The notes beneath the pieces were generated by a model. That model was not told where the DNA came from and did not search any database. It worked only from the letters and a program-made list of their open reading frames with translations. From the NCBI GenBank assembly GCA_017531985.1, contig JAFXJY010000045.1, positions 11,730-75,729 on the forward strand: a stretch of 64,000 bases of DNA, in the 5' to 3' direction. The stretch is from Bacteroidaceae bacterium (GTDB lineage Bacteria > Bacteroidota > Bacteroidia > Bacteroidales > Barnesiellaceae_A). The position numbers were made by a program, and so were the translations under genes. Below are positions 48,312 through 57,803 of this stretch, piece after piece. Within the stretch, counting starts at the first letter, position 1. Each line of letters starts with the position of its first letter.

Positions 48312-49076
48312 TCAGTATATAAAGGGGATGATGCGTTTGCGATTCTCACGAGTAAATTCGTCTCCAAATTCCTCAACATAGCGGTTGTATATCTTGTGCG
48401 AGCGAGGTGCCAGATTGGCAAATGTCCACCACACGAATACAACACCTGCCCACGACCAAGAGAGAATGGCGAATCCTGTCCATTCGAGCAGTTCGCCGAA
48501 ATAGTTGGCCGAAGATACATATCGGAACATGCCACCGCGAGGTAGATAGTGGCGAGTGTCGCCGGGCTTGCGTAGGTTGCGTATGATGTGGTCGCTGTGC
48601 AAGTTGATGCCCATACCGGTGAAGAAAATGATGGTGCCTATGATAAATTGTGGCGATGTGAGCCACGTTGTTGTATAGTATTCTTGTGGCGATACATAGA
48701 ATAACCACCCTCCTTGCATGAAGGCATTGAGCGTGTTGAATATCACTCCACACATCATGATGCTGATGGCCATTCGGCTCTTGCCTTTGAATAGTAATGG
48801 GAATATAAAAGAACGTTGAAAGTAGTGTAATTGGAAGAATAGGAACATGATAAGTCTCACCTTGTCGTCGGTGCGGTCGCTAAGCAACCATAATATCAAC
48901 ATAGTAATAAATACGGGGGCCTCCATGATAATCCAACCCAGACGATTGGAGATCGAAGGTCCCCATTTCCGACTGAAAAATACACCGTATCCCGCTTTGA
49001 CAAAGTATAATGCAATGAATACTATCAAAGCAATGATAGACATTCCTATAAGAAACCAATCGAAATAAGCACTCAT
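48312..49076 (-). CDS. 3-oxo-5-alpha-steroid 4-dehydrogenase (steroid 5-alpha-reductase) family membrane protein
   Basis: 254 aa, polytopic. The C-terminal signature NLRKPGDTRHYLPRGGMFRYVSSANYFGELLEWTGFAILSWS closely parallels the SRD5A family signature as I remember it. Confidence 0.85.
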   Translation of the reverse strand: MSAYFDWFLIGMSIIALIVFIALYFVKAGYGVFFSRKWGPSISNRLGWIIMEAPVFITMLILWLLSDRTDDKVRLIMFLFFQLHYFQRSFIFPLLFKGKSRMAISIMMCGVIFNTLNAFMQGGWLFYVSPQEYYTTTWLTSPQFIIGTIIFFTGMGINLHSDHIIRNLRKPGDTRHYLPRGGMFRYVSSANYFGELLEWTGFAILSWSWAGVVFVWWTFANLAPRSHKIYNRYVEEFGDEFTRENRKRIIPFIY

Positions 49077-49177
49077 ATAATGTGATTTTGTAAGGTTGTT
49101 TGTCTCAAAAGACGGTCAAAATTACAAAAAAATATTCAATATGTGCGGCTTTTAATGTTGTTTAATATAGTGACTTG

Positions 49178-50107
49178 TTATAAAAGCTGATGTAGTATCT
49201 CCCGAGCTTGTGTTGTGTCTTGTCGTATGGCTTGTTGTAATGTTGTAAGTGAGTCGAATTGTTGTTCTTCTCTTAGATAATCGATTAATTCAATATTTAT
49301 TGTTTGACCGTAAAGGTTGCCCTCGAAGTTGAATAAATGTACCTCAATCGATAGGGAATGATCGCCTTCGATAGTGGGTCGATGACCTATATTCAAAACA
49401 CCGCAGTATTGTGAGTGATTGTCGAGTGTAACTCTTACTGCATATACTCCATGTGCAGGAATGAGTTTGTGTGTGTCGGAAAGTTGGATGTTGGCGGTGG
49501 GAAACCCTATTTTTCGACCTATTTGTTGCCCGTTTACAACACATCCTTTCATGTTGTAGTTGTATCCCAACATCTTGTTGGCTTTTCTTATATTACCTGC
49601 AATAAGAGCCTTGCGAATGCTTGATGAGGAGATGAAATGACCATCGTGTGTGTGGGCTTGTGCCTGTATGACTTCCATGCCGAGTTCTTGACCATATTTA
49701 CGATAGTCTTCAAATCCTTCGCTGCGATTGTGTCCAAATCGATGGTCGTAGCCGATGCATAGTACTTGTACATTATATGTATCATGTAGCATGGTGATAA
49801 ATTGTTGAGCAGTGAGCTGAGCCAGTTCGGCAGTAAAATCGAGTACGATAGCATAGTCGACGTCGGCTTGTGCGAGGTGCTGTATGCGTTCTTCAAATGT
49901 GTTGAGTAGCGGCAACTGATAGTCGGGTTGTAGTATTTGTCGCGGATGGGTTGAGAATGTAATTACCGACTTGTGCAGTCCTCGCGAGGAGGCAATATCG
50001 GCGATTTGCTGTATTAAAGATTGATGGCCGCAGTGTACACCGTCAAACATTCCTATGGTGGCTACTGTGGGTGGTATCGTACTTGTATGTGGCTCTATTA
50101 TAATCAT
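49178..50107 (-). CDS. ribF: bifunctional riboflavin kinase / FMN adenylyltransferase
   Basis: The track start at 50137 is a TTG; I use ATG 50107 (MIIIEPHTS...). Motifs GMFDGVHCGHQSL and KIGFPTANI. Confidence 0.88.
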   Translation of the reverse strand: MIIIEPHTSTIPPTVATIGMFDGVHCGHQSLIQQIADIASSRGLHKSVITFSTHPRQILQPDYQLPLLNTFEERIQHLAQADVDYAIVLDFTAELAQLTAQQFITMLHDTYNVQVLCIGYDHRFGHNRSEGFEDYRKYGQELGMEVIQAQAHTHDGHFISSSSIRKALIAGNIRKANKMLGYNYNMKGCVVNGQQIGRKIGFPTANIQLSDTHKLIPAHGVYAVRVTLDNHSQYCGVLNIGHRPTIEGDHSLSIEVHLFNFEGNLYGQTINIELIDYLREEQQFDSLTTLQQAIRQDTTQAREILHQLL

Positions 50108-50184
50108 TGCATCAAATTTTTTGCGAAGATACAACAAACCGACGTAGTTATAGAACTAATATGAAAAAAAAGTACTCTCGTTGA

Positions 50185-50224
50185 TAAAAATTAATAAGGA
50201 GTTTCTTCACAGAAACTCCTTATT
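50185..50224 (-). terminator. strong intrinsic terminator/attenuator hairpin upstream of ribF
   Basis: AATAAGGAGTTTCT (50193-50206) pairs with AGAAACTCCTTATT (50211-50224), a perfect 14-bp stem with a 4-nt loop. On the minus strand it is followed by AATTTTTAT. Confidence 0.55.
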
Positions 50225-50283
50225 ATTAGGTTTTCAATAGGTATTAATTTTAAGGTAAAAAAGATTGTTTTAGGTTAGTGCGA

Positions 50284-50315
50284 CAAAGATAAACTCTTTT
50301 TTGCTGTCGTTGCAA
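50284..50315 (-). promoter_or_regulatory. candidate Bacteroidota promoter (TTGC-N20-TATCTTTG) in the lpxH-ribF spacer
   Basis: The minus strand reads cTTGCaacgacagcaaaaaagagttTATCTTTG. The predicted TSS is near 50277, about 50 nt before the 50224-50193 hairpin. Confidence 0.35.
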
Positions 50316-50494
50316 GAAAAAAGATATGTTTTAAAATATGTTTTTGTAATTTCTCACAATGTCTCTTATTAATTATCGATGTTAATAGCTTTACTATCAG
50401 TATTTAATAAATACATTGCTATGTTGAATTATTTATGTGAAATATTGTTAAATCCTACTTGGAATGGATGTTTGCAGTGGATTTTTGTAAATTT

Positions 50495-51256
50495 TTATTC
50501 CTTTTCATCGGTTTGGAATAGGTCAACGTATAGCGAATTTCCATCAAATACGGCATAGGAGAAGTGTGTTATCCAGTCGCCCAATATGATGGCACGACTA
50601 CTGCGTGTGAGCATGATGTCGAGCAATATGTGGCGATGACCGAAGATGAGGTACTCAACCGGATGTTGCTTGATGTATTCCTTTGCAAAGAGTATAAGAG
50701 GCTCTTGATTTTCACCGCGATAATATTTCCCCTCCTTCTTCTTGTTTTTGTAACGACTCGCTTCTGACCACTTGTGTGCTAGTATCATTGTCAGGTCGGG
50801 ATGTATCCAAGAGTAACACCATTGAGCTATCTTGTTGTGGAAAAGCCATTGCAGAAATCGGAAACTGCGTTTACGTTGCCCAACATCATGACCGTGGGCA
50901 AGGAAGAATGAATGACCGTCGATGTCCATTGTGCAGTGTGTGTGGTGGATAATGATACCCAACTCCGAGGGGAGATAATCAAAAATCCATATATCGTGGT
51001 TGCCGGTAAACCAATGTATTTCGATACCGCTATCGCTCAGCTCGGCGAGTTTCCCCAGAAAACGAACATAACCGCGTGGTACGACATGTCGATATTCAAA
51101 CCAGTAATCGAGTATGTCGCCCAGTAGAATAAGTCGCGATGCGTCTTTCTTGATGAAGTCGAGCCAACGGATAATGTGTAACTCACTCTGGCGAGTATTC
51201 ATGTAGTTGGCACCCAAGTGTAAGTCGGATATGAAATATGTTTTTCCTTGGCTCAT
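50495..51256 (-). CDS. lpxH: UDP-2,3-diacylglucosamine diphosphatase (LpxH-family metallophosphoesterase)
   Basis: 253 aa. Motifs FISDLHLG, LLGDILDYW, TGNHDIW, LAHGHD and IFGHRH. Confidence 0.75.
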   Translation of the reverse strand: MSQGKTYFISDLHLGANYMNTRQSELHIIRWLDFIKKDASRLILLGDILDYWFEYRHVVPRGYVRFLGKLAELSDSGIEIHWFTGNHDIWIFDYLPSELGIIIHHTHCTMDIDGHSFFLAHGHDVGQRKRSFRFLQWLFHNKIAQWCYSWIHPDLTMILAHKWSEASRYKNKKKEGKYYRGENQEPLILFAKEYIKQHPVEYLIFGHRHILLDIMLTRSSRAIILGDWITHFSYAVFDGNSLYVDLFQTDEKE

Positions 51257-51305
51257 TGATGCGACTGTATAGTTGATGTGTGTAAGATGTAAGGTGGTTG
51301 GTTCG

Positions 51306-51617
51306 TTACAAAAAACCGAGGTCGAGCTTGGCCTCTTCGCTCATCATGTCTTGTGTCCATTCAGGCTCGAATACGAGTCGTATATCGGCAGTGTCAATAC
51401 CTTCGATACTTTCTACCTTCATGCGTACGTCTTCGATGATAAAGTCGGCTGCCGGGCAGTTGGGGGCTGTAAGGGTCATATCGATATGAGCTGTTGTCTC
51501 TTCAATGTCTATCTTGTATATCAACCCAAGGTCATATACGTTTACCGGTATTTCGGGGTCGAATACGGTGCGTAGCATTTTTACAATCTTTTCTTGTAGT
51601 TCTATTTCGTTATTCAT
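51306..51617 (-). CDS. DUF59 (SufT/PaaD-like) Fe-S cluster assembly protein
   Basis: The ORF track begins at 51716; I place the start at ATG 51617 (MNNEIELQEKIV). Motifs FDPEIPVNVYDLGLIY and TLTAPNCPAA. Confidence 0.8.
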   Translation of the reverse strand: MNNEIELQEKIVKMLRTVFDPEIPVNVYDLGLIYKIDIEETTAHIDMTLTAPNCPAADFIIEDVRMKVESIEGIDTADIRLVFEPEWTQDMMSEEAKLDLGFL

Positions 51618-51743
51618 GTCGTGGATTTTTGTAAATGTGCAACGAAGATACGAAATCTTTTTGGAGTGTTGCGTGTTTATACAAGAAAATGGTGATGTGA
51701 TATTGAAAATAATCATTTTTGTTGTACTTTTGTCGGGCGAAAT

Positions 51744-51856
51744 TAAGGGAACGTGTGTCTATTATTTGTATGATTTGTAATGAATTAAAACGAATAAGAT
51801 GATGGTTCCCTATAACGAATGAATTATTAATCTGTGGAATTTATAGAAATTCCCTA
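51744..51856 (-). repeat. MITE-like element, copy D (internally deleted, 113 bp)
   Basis: TAAGGGAACGTGTGTCTAT at the left end. The reversed 45-nt module at 51812-51856 matches copy A at 42/45. It ends 20 nt before the porin-like gene ATG. Confidence 0.65.
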
Positions 51857-51876
51857 TAAAATCTTTTTCAAAACAT

Positions 51877-52536
51877 ATGAAGAAATATTGTGTAATATTG
51901 TTGATGCTGATAGCTGTTGTAGCTGCTCCGATGTCCAATGCCCAGTTGCGTTGTGGAATTAAGTTGGGAGCTAATGTAAGTAATACATGTGCCGATTTTC
52001 ATGATATAAAATTGGATGGCACAGCCTTGACCAACTTTACGGGTGGTGTAACGGTTGAGTGGATCGTAGCCGGTGGTTTTGGATTGGATGCAAGTGCCAT
52101 GTACACAGCCAAGGGTGCTACCTATACCTTCGGTGACAACTTGGGAGGATTGTTGGGAAATCTCGCCGATCGTGTATTAGAGAATAAAGTACACTATATC
52201 GAAGTGCCTGTCAACTTGAAGTATAAGTTGCAGATACCGGCCGTCGAGAGAGTCATTGCTCCTTATCTCTATCTGGGACCCAGTTTTGCATTTAAGGTAG
52301 GTGAGTCGATAGAGTTGGGCGATAAAAGTATCAGCAGTAAAGAGATAGAAAATAGTTCGATTGACTATGCGTTCAATCTGGGCTTAGGTATGGAAATTAT
52401 CAATCACATCAATCTGTCGGTACAATATGGATGGGGATTGAATAGTTCATCAGAATTTAATTTTTTGGATAAAATTATTGACGAAACATCTGTAAAGTCG
52501 GGTGCATGGACTATTACCGTGGGTTGGATGTTCTGA
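51877..52536 (+). CDS. porin-family outer-membrane beta-barrel protein
   Basis: 219 aa. Signal peptide MKKYCVILLMLIAVVAAPMSNAQ. Alternating beta-strand pattern and a C-terminal ...TVGWMF ending in Phe. Confidence 0.75.
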   Translation: MKKYCVILLMLIAVVAAPMSNAQLRCGIKLGANVSNTCADFHDIKLDGTALTNFTGGVTVEWIVAGGFGLDASAMYTAKGATYTFGDNLGGLLGNLADRVLENKVHYIEVPVNLKYKLQIPAVERVIAPYLYLGPSFAFKVGESIELGDKSISSKEIENSSIDYAFNLGLGMEIINHINLSVQYGWGLNSSSEFNFLDKIIDETSVKSGAWTITVGWMF

Positions 52537-52538
52537 TG

Positions 52539-52708
52539 TAAGGAACTCGATCCATTACTTGGCTATGATTTCGATTATAAATTACAGGTCTGTTCTATAA
52601 ATTAATAAATGAGTTTTAAATAATTTATAGAACCAGCCTATGACAATCCCGAAGAGCGTTGCCCGGTAAGCCCGGTGAGTTATCAATAGAATTTATAGAA
52701 GTTCCCTA
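52539..52708 (-). repeat. MITE-like element, copy E (degenerate, about 170 bp)
   Basis: TAAGGAACTCGATCC at 52539 (about 12/16 to the terminus). GAATTTATAGAAGTTCCCTA at 52689-52708. An internal inverted pair of the core motif: TTCTATAAATT (52593-52603) and AATTTATAGAA (52622-52632). Confidence 0.45.
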
Positions 52709-52730
52709 TATCCTGAAAAATAACGCAATG

Positions 52731-52769
52731 CTGTCGGTGGTGATGAGTGTCATTACCGACAGTTTGTTG
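52731..52769 (+). terminator. terminator-like hairpin after the porin gene / copy E
   Basis: CTGTCGGT (52731-52738) pairs with ACCGACAG (52755-52762), followed by TTTGTTG. Confidence 0.4.
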
Positions 52770-52922
52770 TCAATGATGGGTGTTGAGCCGAGAGGGATAT
52801 GCTTGTTGGTGTGTGTGGAATTGATTTTATGAGAATAAAGCAACTATTTTTGGTGATAAGGAGCGTCAATTCGCGTTTTTTTTATTAATTTTGTACACGA
52901 TTGTATTGTGCAATAAATACTT

Positions 52923-54896
52923 ATGGATAACTTGGAAATGAATACACCCCCCGAGGGGCTTGAATATGGCTCAGATGCCATTACCACTCTTGAATGGAGA
53001 GAACATATACGCCGTCGCCCCGGTATGTATATAGGTAAACTGGGTGATGGCTCACATAGCGACGATGGTATATACGTCCTGTTGAAAGAAGTTCTTGATA
53101 ATGCTATCGACGAGTATATGATGGGATTTGGTAAACAGGTTATCGTAGAAGTTGTCGATGGCAATGTGTCGGTGCGAGATTATGGTCGAGGTATTCCCCT
53201 CGATAAGGTTCGTGTTGTGTCATCAAAGATGAACACCGGAGCCAAATACGACTCAAAGGCTTTCAAGAAATCGGTGGGTTTGAATGGTGTAGGTATCAAG
53301 GCGGTTAATGCTTTGTCTACTCATTTCTATATTCAGTCTTATCGTGATGGATATTGCAAGTCGGTAAGTTATGCATGCGGTGAAGTGATAGAGGAGAGTG
53401 AGATTGTACCCACCGATGAGCCTAATGGAACATTGGTACAGTTTACTCCCGATAATACTATTTTTCTGAACTATGAGTATCGCACCGAGTATATTGAACC
53501 GCTTATCAGGAACTATGTCTATCTCAATGTCGGTCTTGCTATTCTGTTGAATGGACAACGATTCTTGTCGCGTCACGGATTGGTTGACTTGCTTAATGAG
53601 TACATGACATCCGAGAACCTATACGAGCCTATACACTTGAAGGGGCAAGATATAGAGGTGGTTATTACACATAGTAATCAGTATGGCGAAGAGTATTATT
53701 CATTTGTTAACGGACAACATACGTCGCAAGGCGGTACTCACTTGACGGCTTTTAAGGAAGCAATCGGTCGCACGATCAAGGAGTTTTATGGTAAAGGATT
53801 TGAATATACCGATATACGCAATGGTATTGTAGCCGCAGTGAGTATTAAGGTAGAGGAGCCAATTTTCGAGTCGCAAACCAAGACCCGACTGGGTTCTCGC
53901 GACATGGGTCCCGGTGGACCTACGGTCAATAAGTATATCAATGATTTTATCAAGAAAGAACTGGATAATTTCCTGCACATCAATGGCGATACGGCCGAGG
54001 TAATGCTGCATAAGATTGCGGCCAGTGAACGTGAACGCAAGGCGATGGCAGGTGTTACCAAGTTGGCTCGTGAGAAAGCCAAGAAGGTGAGTCTGCATAA
54101 TCGCAAATTGCGAGACTGCCACATTCACTATAATGACCCGGAAGATAAGCGTAAGAATGCGGTTGATCGTCGTGAAGAGAGTTGTATATTTATTACCGAG
54201 GGCGATTCGGCATCGGGTACAATCACGCAAGTTCGCGATGTGGAGACACAAGCGGTGTTCAGTCTGCGAGGTAAGCCATTGAATAGTTATGGTCTTACGC
54301 AGAAAGTTGTTTACGAAAACGACGAGTTCAATCTGCTTCAAGCAGCACTCAATATAGAGGACGGACTTGATGGATTGCGGTATAACAAGGTGATTATCGC
54401 CACCGATGCCGATGTCGATGGTATGCACATCCGATTGTTGCTGCTGACATTCTTTTTGCAGTTCTTCCCCGACTTGGTGAAGAAGGGGCATGTATATGTG
54501 TTGCAGACACCTCTCTTCCGTGTGCGTAACAAGCACTTCCAGCCTAAGAAAGAGACTCGTAAACGCAGGAGCAAAAAAGCAGCCGCCGAGGAGGCCGAAC
54601 CCGAACAACAGCCCGGGCAAGAGGTCTACTATTGCTACACAGACGAAGAGCGGATTGCTGCCATAGAGAAGTTAGGCAATAATGCCGAGATTACTCGATT
54701 CAAAGGTCTCGGAGAGATTTCAAAAGACGAGTTCAAAGGCTTTATAGGTGATGGCATACGTCTCGATAAGGTCGTGTTGCGTAAGGAAGATCTTGTATCG
54801 AAGTTGCTTGAATACTACATGGGTAAGAATACCATGGAACGCCAGAATTTTATTGTTGAAAATCTTGTTGTTGAAGATGATACAGAATTGTTGTAA
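52923..54896 (+). CDS. parE: DNA topoisomerase IV subunit B
   Basis: 657 aa. N-terminal [23 protein letters not shown] is Bacteroidota ParE-like. GHKL ATPase motifs and Toprim motifs EGDSA and IATDADVDG. Confidence 0.85.
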   Translation: MDNLEMNTPPEGLEYGSDAITTLEWREHIRRRPGMYIGKLGDGSHSDDGIYVLLKEVLDNAIDEYMMGFGKQVIVEVVDGNVSVRDYGRGIPLDKVRVVSSKMNTGAKYDSKAFKKSVGLNGVGIKAVNALSTHFYIQSYRDGYCKSVSYACGEVIEESEIVPTDEPNGTLVQFTPDNTIFLNYEYRTEYIEPLIRNYVYLNVGLAILLNGQRFLSRHGLVDLLNEYMTSENLYEPIHLKGQDIEVVITHSNQYGEEYYSFVNGQHTSQGGTHLTAFKEAIGRTIKEFYGKGFEYTDIRNGIVAAVSIKVEEPIFESQTKTRLGSRDMGPGGPTVNKYINDFIKKELDNFLHINGDTAEVMLHKIAASERERKAMAGVTKLAREKAKKVSLHNRKLRDCHIHYNDPEDKRKNAVDRREESCIFITEGDSASGTITQVRDVETQAVFSLRGKPLNSYGLTQKVVYENDEFNLLQAALNIEDGLDGLRYNKVIIATDADVDGMHIRLLLLTFFLQFFPDLVKKGHVYVLQTPLFRVRNKHFQPKKETRKRRSKKAAAEEAEPEQQPGQEVYYCYTDEERIAAIEKLGNNAEITRFKGLGEISKDEFKGFIGDGIRLDKVVLRKEDLVSKLLEYYMGKNTMERQNFIVENLVVEDDTELL

Positions 54897-55356
54897 GCGT
54901 ATTGCACTCTTTCCGGGTACGTTCGATCCTTTTACGCGAGGACATCAATCGATTGTAGACCGAGCATTGTTGTTGTTTGACGAGGTGGTCATTGCCATAG
55001 GATGCAATACGACCAAGAAACCATTGTTTACCGTCGATGAGCGTGTGAATATGTTGGAACAGCTATATGCACAGGAACCGCGAGTGCGAGTCGTGGCGTA
55101 TAGTGGGCTTACTATCGATGCCGCTCGTCAATGCGGTGCAAAGTTTATGCTGCGAGGTGTACGCTCTACTGTCGATTTTGAATACGAAAAATCGTTGGCC
55201 GATGTCAATCGTGAAATATCAGATGTGGAAACAATCGTATTGTTTACCGAACCAATATATGCACATGTGAGTTCTTCTGTGGTAAGAGAATTGTTGCATT
55301 ACGGACATGATGTTACAGCTCTTATACCCCCATCGATGAAGTTACCCCTGAGATAA
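54877..55356 (+). CDS. coaD: phosphopantetheine adenylyltransferase
   Basis: The ORF track begins at 54748; I place the start at ATG 54877 ([23 protein letters not shown]). It overlaps the parE 3' end by 20 nt. Confidence 0.88.
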   Translation: MIQNCCKRIALFPGTFDPFTRGHQSIVDRALLLFDEVVIAIGCNTTKKPLFTVDERVNMLEQLYAQEPRVRVVAYSGLTIDAARQCGAKFMLRGVRSTVDFEYEKSLADVNREISDVETIVLFTEPIYAHVSSSVVRELLHYGHDVTALIPPSMKLPLR

Positions 55357-55389
55357 GTTATATACATATAATATATAATAAGTATTACG

Positions 55390-56979
55390 ATGAAAAGAAT
55401 ATACATATTAATATTGTGTAGCGTGCTATCGCTTACGCTTGCGGCGGAGGCACAAGTAAGTGATGCCATGCGAAAACTCAATACCGCCCTTTTTGCGGTA
55501 AGCGAATTGTATGTCGATACGGTCAATCAAGATAAGATTGCCGAGGAGTTGATTATACATATGCTTGAAGAACTCGACCCTCACTCCTCCTATACAACTG
55601 CCGAGGAGACCAAGGAACTGAATGAACCGTTGGAGGGAAATTTTAGTGGCATAGGTATTCAATTTAATATTGCCAACGATACTCTCATCGTGATGCAGAT
55701 TATAGCCGGAGGACCCTCGGAACGAGTGGGTATGCGTGCCGGTGACCGCATTGTGGCAGTCAATGATAGTGTGATAGCAGGTGTGGGTCTGAAAACATCG
55801 GATGTTCGCAAGCTGTTGCGAGGTCCGGAAGGTACTACGGTTGATGTTGATGTGCAGCGTAGTGGTGTAAGCAAACCCATTCATTTCCGCATAACTCGTG
55901 AACAGATACCCATATACAGTGTCGATGCGACCTATATGATCGACGAAAAGACCGGATACATAAGAGTGAGCCGATTTGCTGCCACCACTCATGATGAAAT
56001 GGTGGAGGCAATGCACGAGTTGAAAAAGCAAGGTATGACCCAACTCATACTCGACCTGCAAGACAATAGCGGAGGCTATCTGATGAGTGCTGTATACATG
56101 GCCAACGAGTTCCTCGACAAAGGTAATCTCTTAGTTTACACCGAAGGCGACAAGTCGCCACGAAGCGAAGCAGTTGCCGAGGCACAAGGTTCGTTCAGTA
56201 AGAACAAGTTGGTAGTTCTCGTCGACGAGGGAAGTGCCTCGTCGAGCGAGATAGTGGCGGGTGCATTACAAGACTGGGATAGAGCTGTTCTGGTGGGACG
56301 TCGCACCTTTGGCAAAGGTCTCGTACAACGCCCCATACCCTTCTCCGATGGTTCAATGATACGCCTTACCGTTTCACGATATTATACCCCGACAGGTCGT
56401 TGCATACAGAAACCCTATACCAAGGGCGATAAAGAGAACTATTACCGCGACATCTACAATCGATATTCGCATGGCGAATTGATGCATGCCGACAGTGTAC
56501 AATTTGCCGACTCTCTGCAATACAAGACACTTGTGACCGGTCGTACCATATACGGCGGAGGGGGTATCATGCCCGATGTATTTGTACCACTCGATACCAC
56601 TCTTTACACCGACTACCACCGCGACATTGTGGCCAAAGGCACACTCAGCCAATATGCTATGAAATACATAGACCACAATCGTAAGCAGCTCGAAAAGCGT
56701 TATAAAAGCGTTGAATCCTTTGTGAAGAATTTCGATGTAGATGACAAGATGATGCAAGAACTGCGTAAGATGGGCGATGCCGACAGTGTGGAGTATGATG
56801 CCGATGAAGCCATTCGCTCCTACGACATGATAGCCCGACAACTCAAAGCACTCGTCGCTCGCGACCTCTTCGACATGTCGGCCTACTTTATGGTTATGAA
56901 CCCCATCGATGCCGTCTATCTCAAAGGTCTCGAAATTATCAATGACGACAAACGCTACTACGAGTTGCTGGGAAGATAG
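55390..56979 (+). CDS. S41 family C-terminal processing peptidase
   Basis: 529 aa with a signal peptide and a PDZ region. Ser nucleophile in DEGSASSSEIVAGALQD and Lys in GRRTFGKGLVQ. Confidence 0.88.
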   Translation: MKRIYILILCSVLSLTLAAEAQVSDAMRKLNTALFAVSELYVDTVNQDKIAEELIIHMLEELDPHSSYTTAEETKELNEPLEGNFSGIGIQFNIANDTLIVMQIIAGGPSERVGMRAGDRIVAVNDSVIAGVGLKTSDVRKLLRGPEGTTVDVDVQRSGVSKPIHFRITREQIPIYSVDATYMIDEKTGYIRVSRFAATTHDEMVEAMHELKKQGMTQLILDLQDNSGGYLMSAVYMANEFLDKGNLLVYTEGDKSPRSEAVAEAQGSFSKNKLVVLVDEGSASSSEIVAGALQDWDRAVLVGRRTFGKGLVQRPIPFSDGSMIRLTVSRYYTPTGRCIQKPYTKGDKENYYRDIYNRYSHGELMHADSVQFADSLQYKTLVTGRTIYGGGGIMPDVFVPLDTTLYTDYHRDIVAKGTLSQYAMKYIDHNRKQLEKRYKSVESFVKNFDVDDKMMQELRKMGDADSVEYDADEAIRSYDMIARQLKALVARDLFDMSAYFMVMNPIDAVYLKGLEIINDDKRYYELLGR

Positions 56980-57122
56980 AAAAGGCAATAAAAAGATAAA
57001 AGATATTGAATATGCTGTGTTAAGACTTATCCTTGACACAGTATATTTTTTTGGGTAATGTGGCAAAAAGTAGTTGGTTTTAGACCTGCATAATCATACA
57101 AAGAGAGGCTATGCCTAAAATG

Positions 57123-57157
57123 AACAGCACTCCTCGACGGGAGTGCTGTTTATTTTG
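57123..57157 (+). terminator. intrinsic terminator of the S41 peptidase gene
   Basis: AACAGCACTCC (57123-57133) pairs with GGAGTGCTGTT (57140-57150), followed by TATTTTGTT. Confidence 0.7.
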
Positions 57158-57214
57158 TTACAGCCTCATCCGGTGGAAAGGGATAATGGCTGTGCCGATT
57201 TCTTGAAAATCTCT

Positions 57215-57739
57215 TTATTCCTCCTCGTCGGTGTACCAGCGTGAGTACATGAGGTAGTTACGAGCGATTTTTTGGTTCATCTCTTTCGATTGCTCGGGGT
57301 CGACCATCTTGACAAATTTGGCGGGGGCACCTGCCCACAATTCGCCGGGCTTGATGACGGTCTTACTCTTGACTACCGAGCCTGCTGCAACAATTGCACC
57401 TTCGCCCACTACGGCGTAGTCGAGGACAACAGCTCCCATGCCTATAAGAGCTCCGTCGTGAATATCGGCACCATGAATGGTTACGTTGTGACCTATCGAT
57501 ACATCGTCACCGATGTGGATGGTTGACTTCTCATAGAGAGTGTGTAGTACCGAACCGTCTTGAACATTTACACGGTTACCTATGCGTATAGAGTTGACAT
57601 CGCCACGCAGTACTGTGCCGTACCATATACTGCAATCGTTGCCTATCTCTACATCGCCTATAACGGCGGCATTCTCGGCGAGGAATGTGCCTTCGCCTAT
57701 CTTGGGTGTGAACCCGCGAACTTTCCTTATTATAGCCAT
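57215..57739 (-). CDS. gamma carbonic anhydrase family (left-handed beta-helix hexapeptide) protein
   Basis: The ORF track begins at 57913 and overlaps the upstream gene; I place the start at ATG 57739 (MAIIRKVRGFTPKIGEGTF). Hexapeptide repeats and His ligands (HTLY, IGHNVTIHG). Confidence 0.82.
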   Translation of the reverse strand: MAIIRKVRGFTPKIGEGTFLAENAAVIGDVEIGNDCSIWYGTVLRGDVNSIRIGNRVNVQDGSVLHTLYEKSTIHIGDDVSIGHNVTIHGADIHDGALIGMGAVVLDYAVVGEGAIVAAGSVVKSKTVIKPGELWAGAPAKFVKMVDPEQSKEMNQKIARNYLMYSRWYTDEEE

Positions 57740-57803
57740 ATCTATATTGTTGTTTAAGTAGATTGATTTTCGTAATACTATTGAATGTTGGTCGGCTGAT
57801 AGC

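Noticed and set aside
50161-50184. 7-codon plus-strand mini-ORF ATGAAAAAAAAGTACTCTCGTTGA next to the 50193-50224 hairpin, as a possible leader peptide
   Set aside because: It is on the opposite strand from ribF and from the candidate promoter, and too short to evaluate.
53700-54620. 306-aa antisense ORF inside parE
   Set aside because: It is fully contained in, and antisense to, a confidently identified parE. It is Leu/Arg/Cys-rich with no motifs, which is typical of a frame shadow.
55426-57066. Antisense ORFs 55426..56061 (211 aa) and 56374..57066 (230 aa) opposite the S41 peptidase gene
   Set aside because: They are antisense to a gene with clear PDZ/S41 motifs. They have no signal peptide or other motifs and an odd composition.
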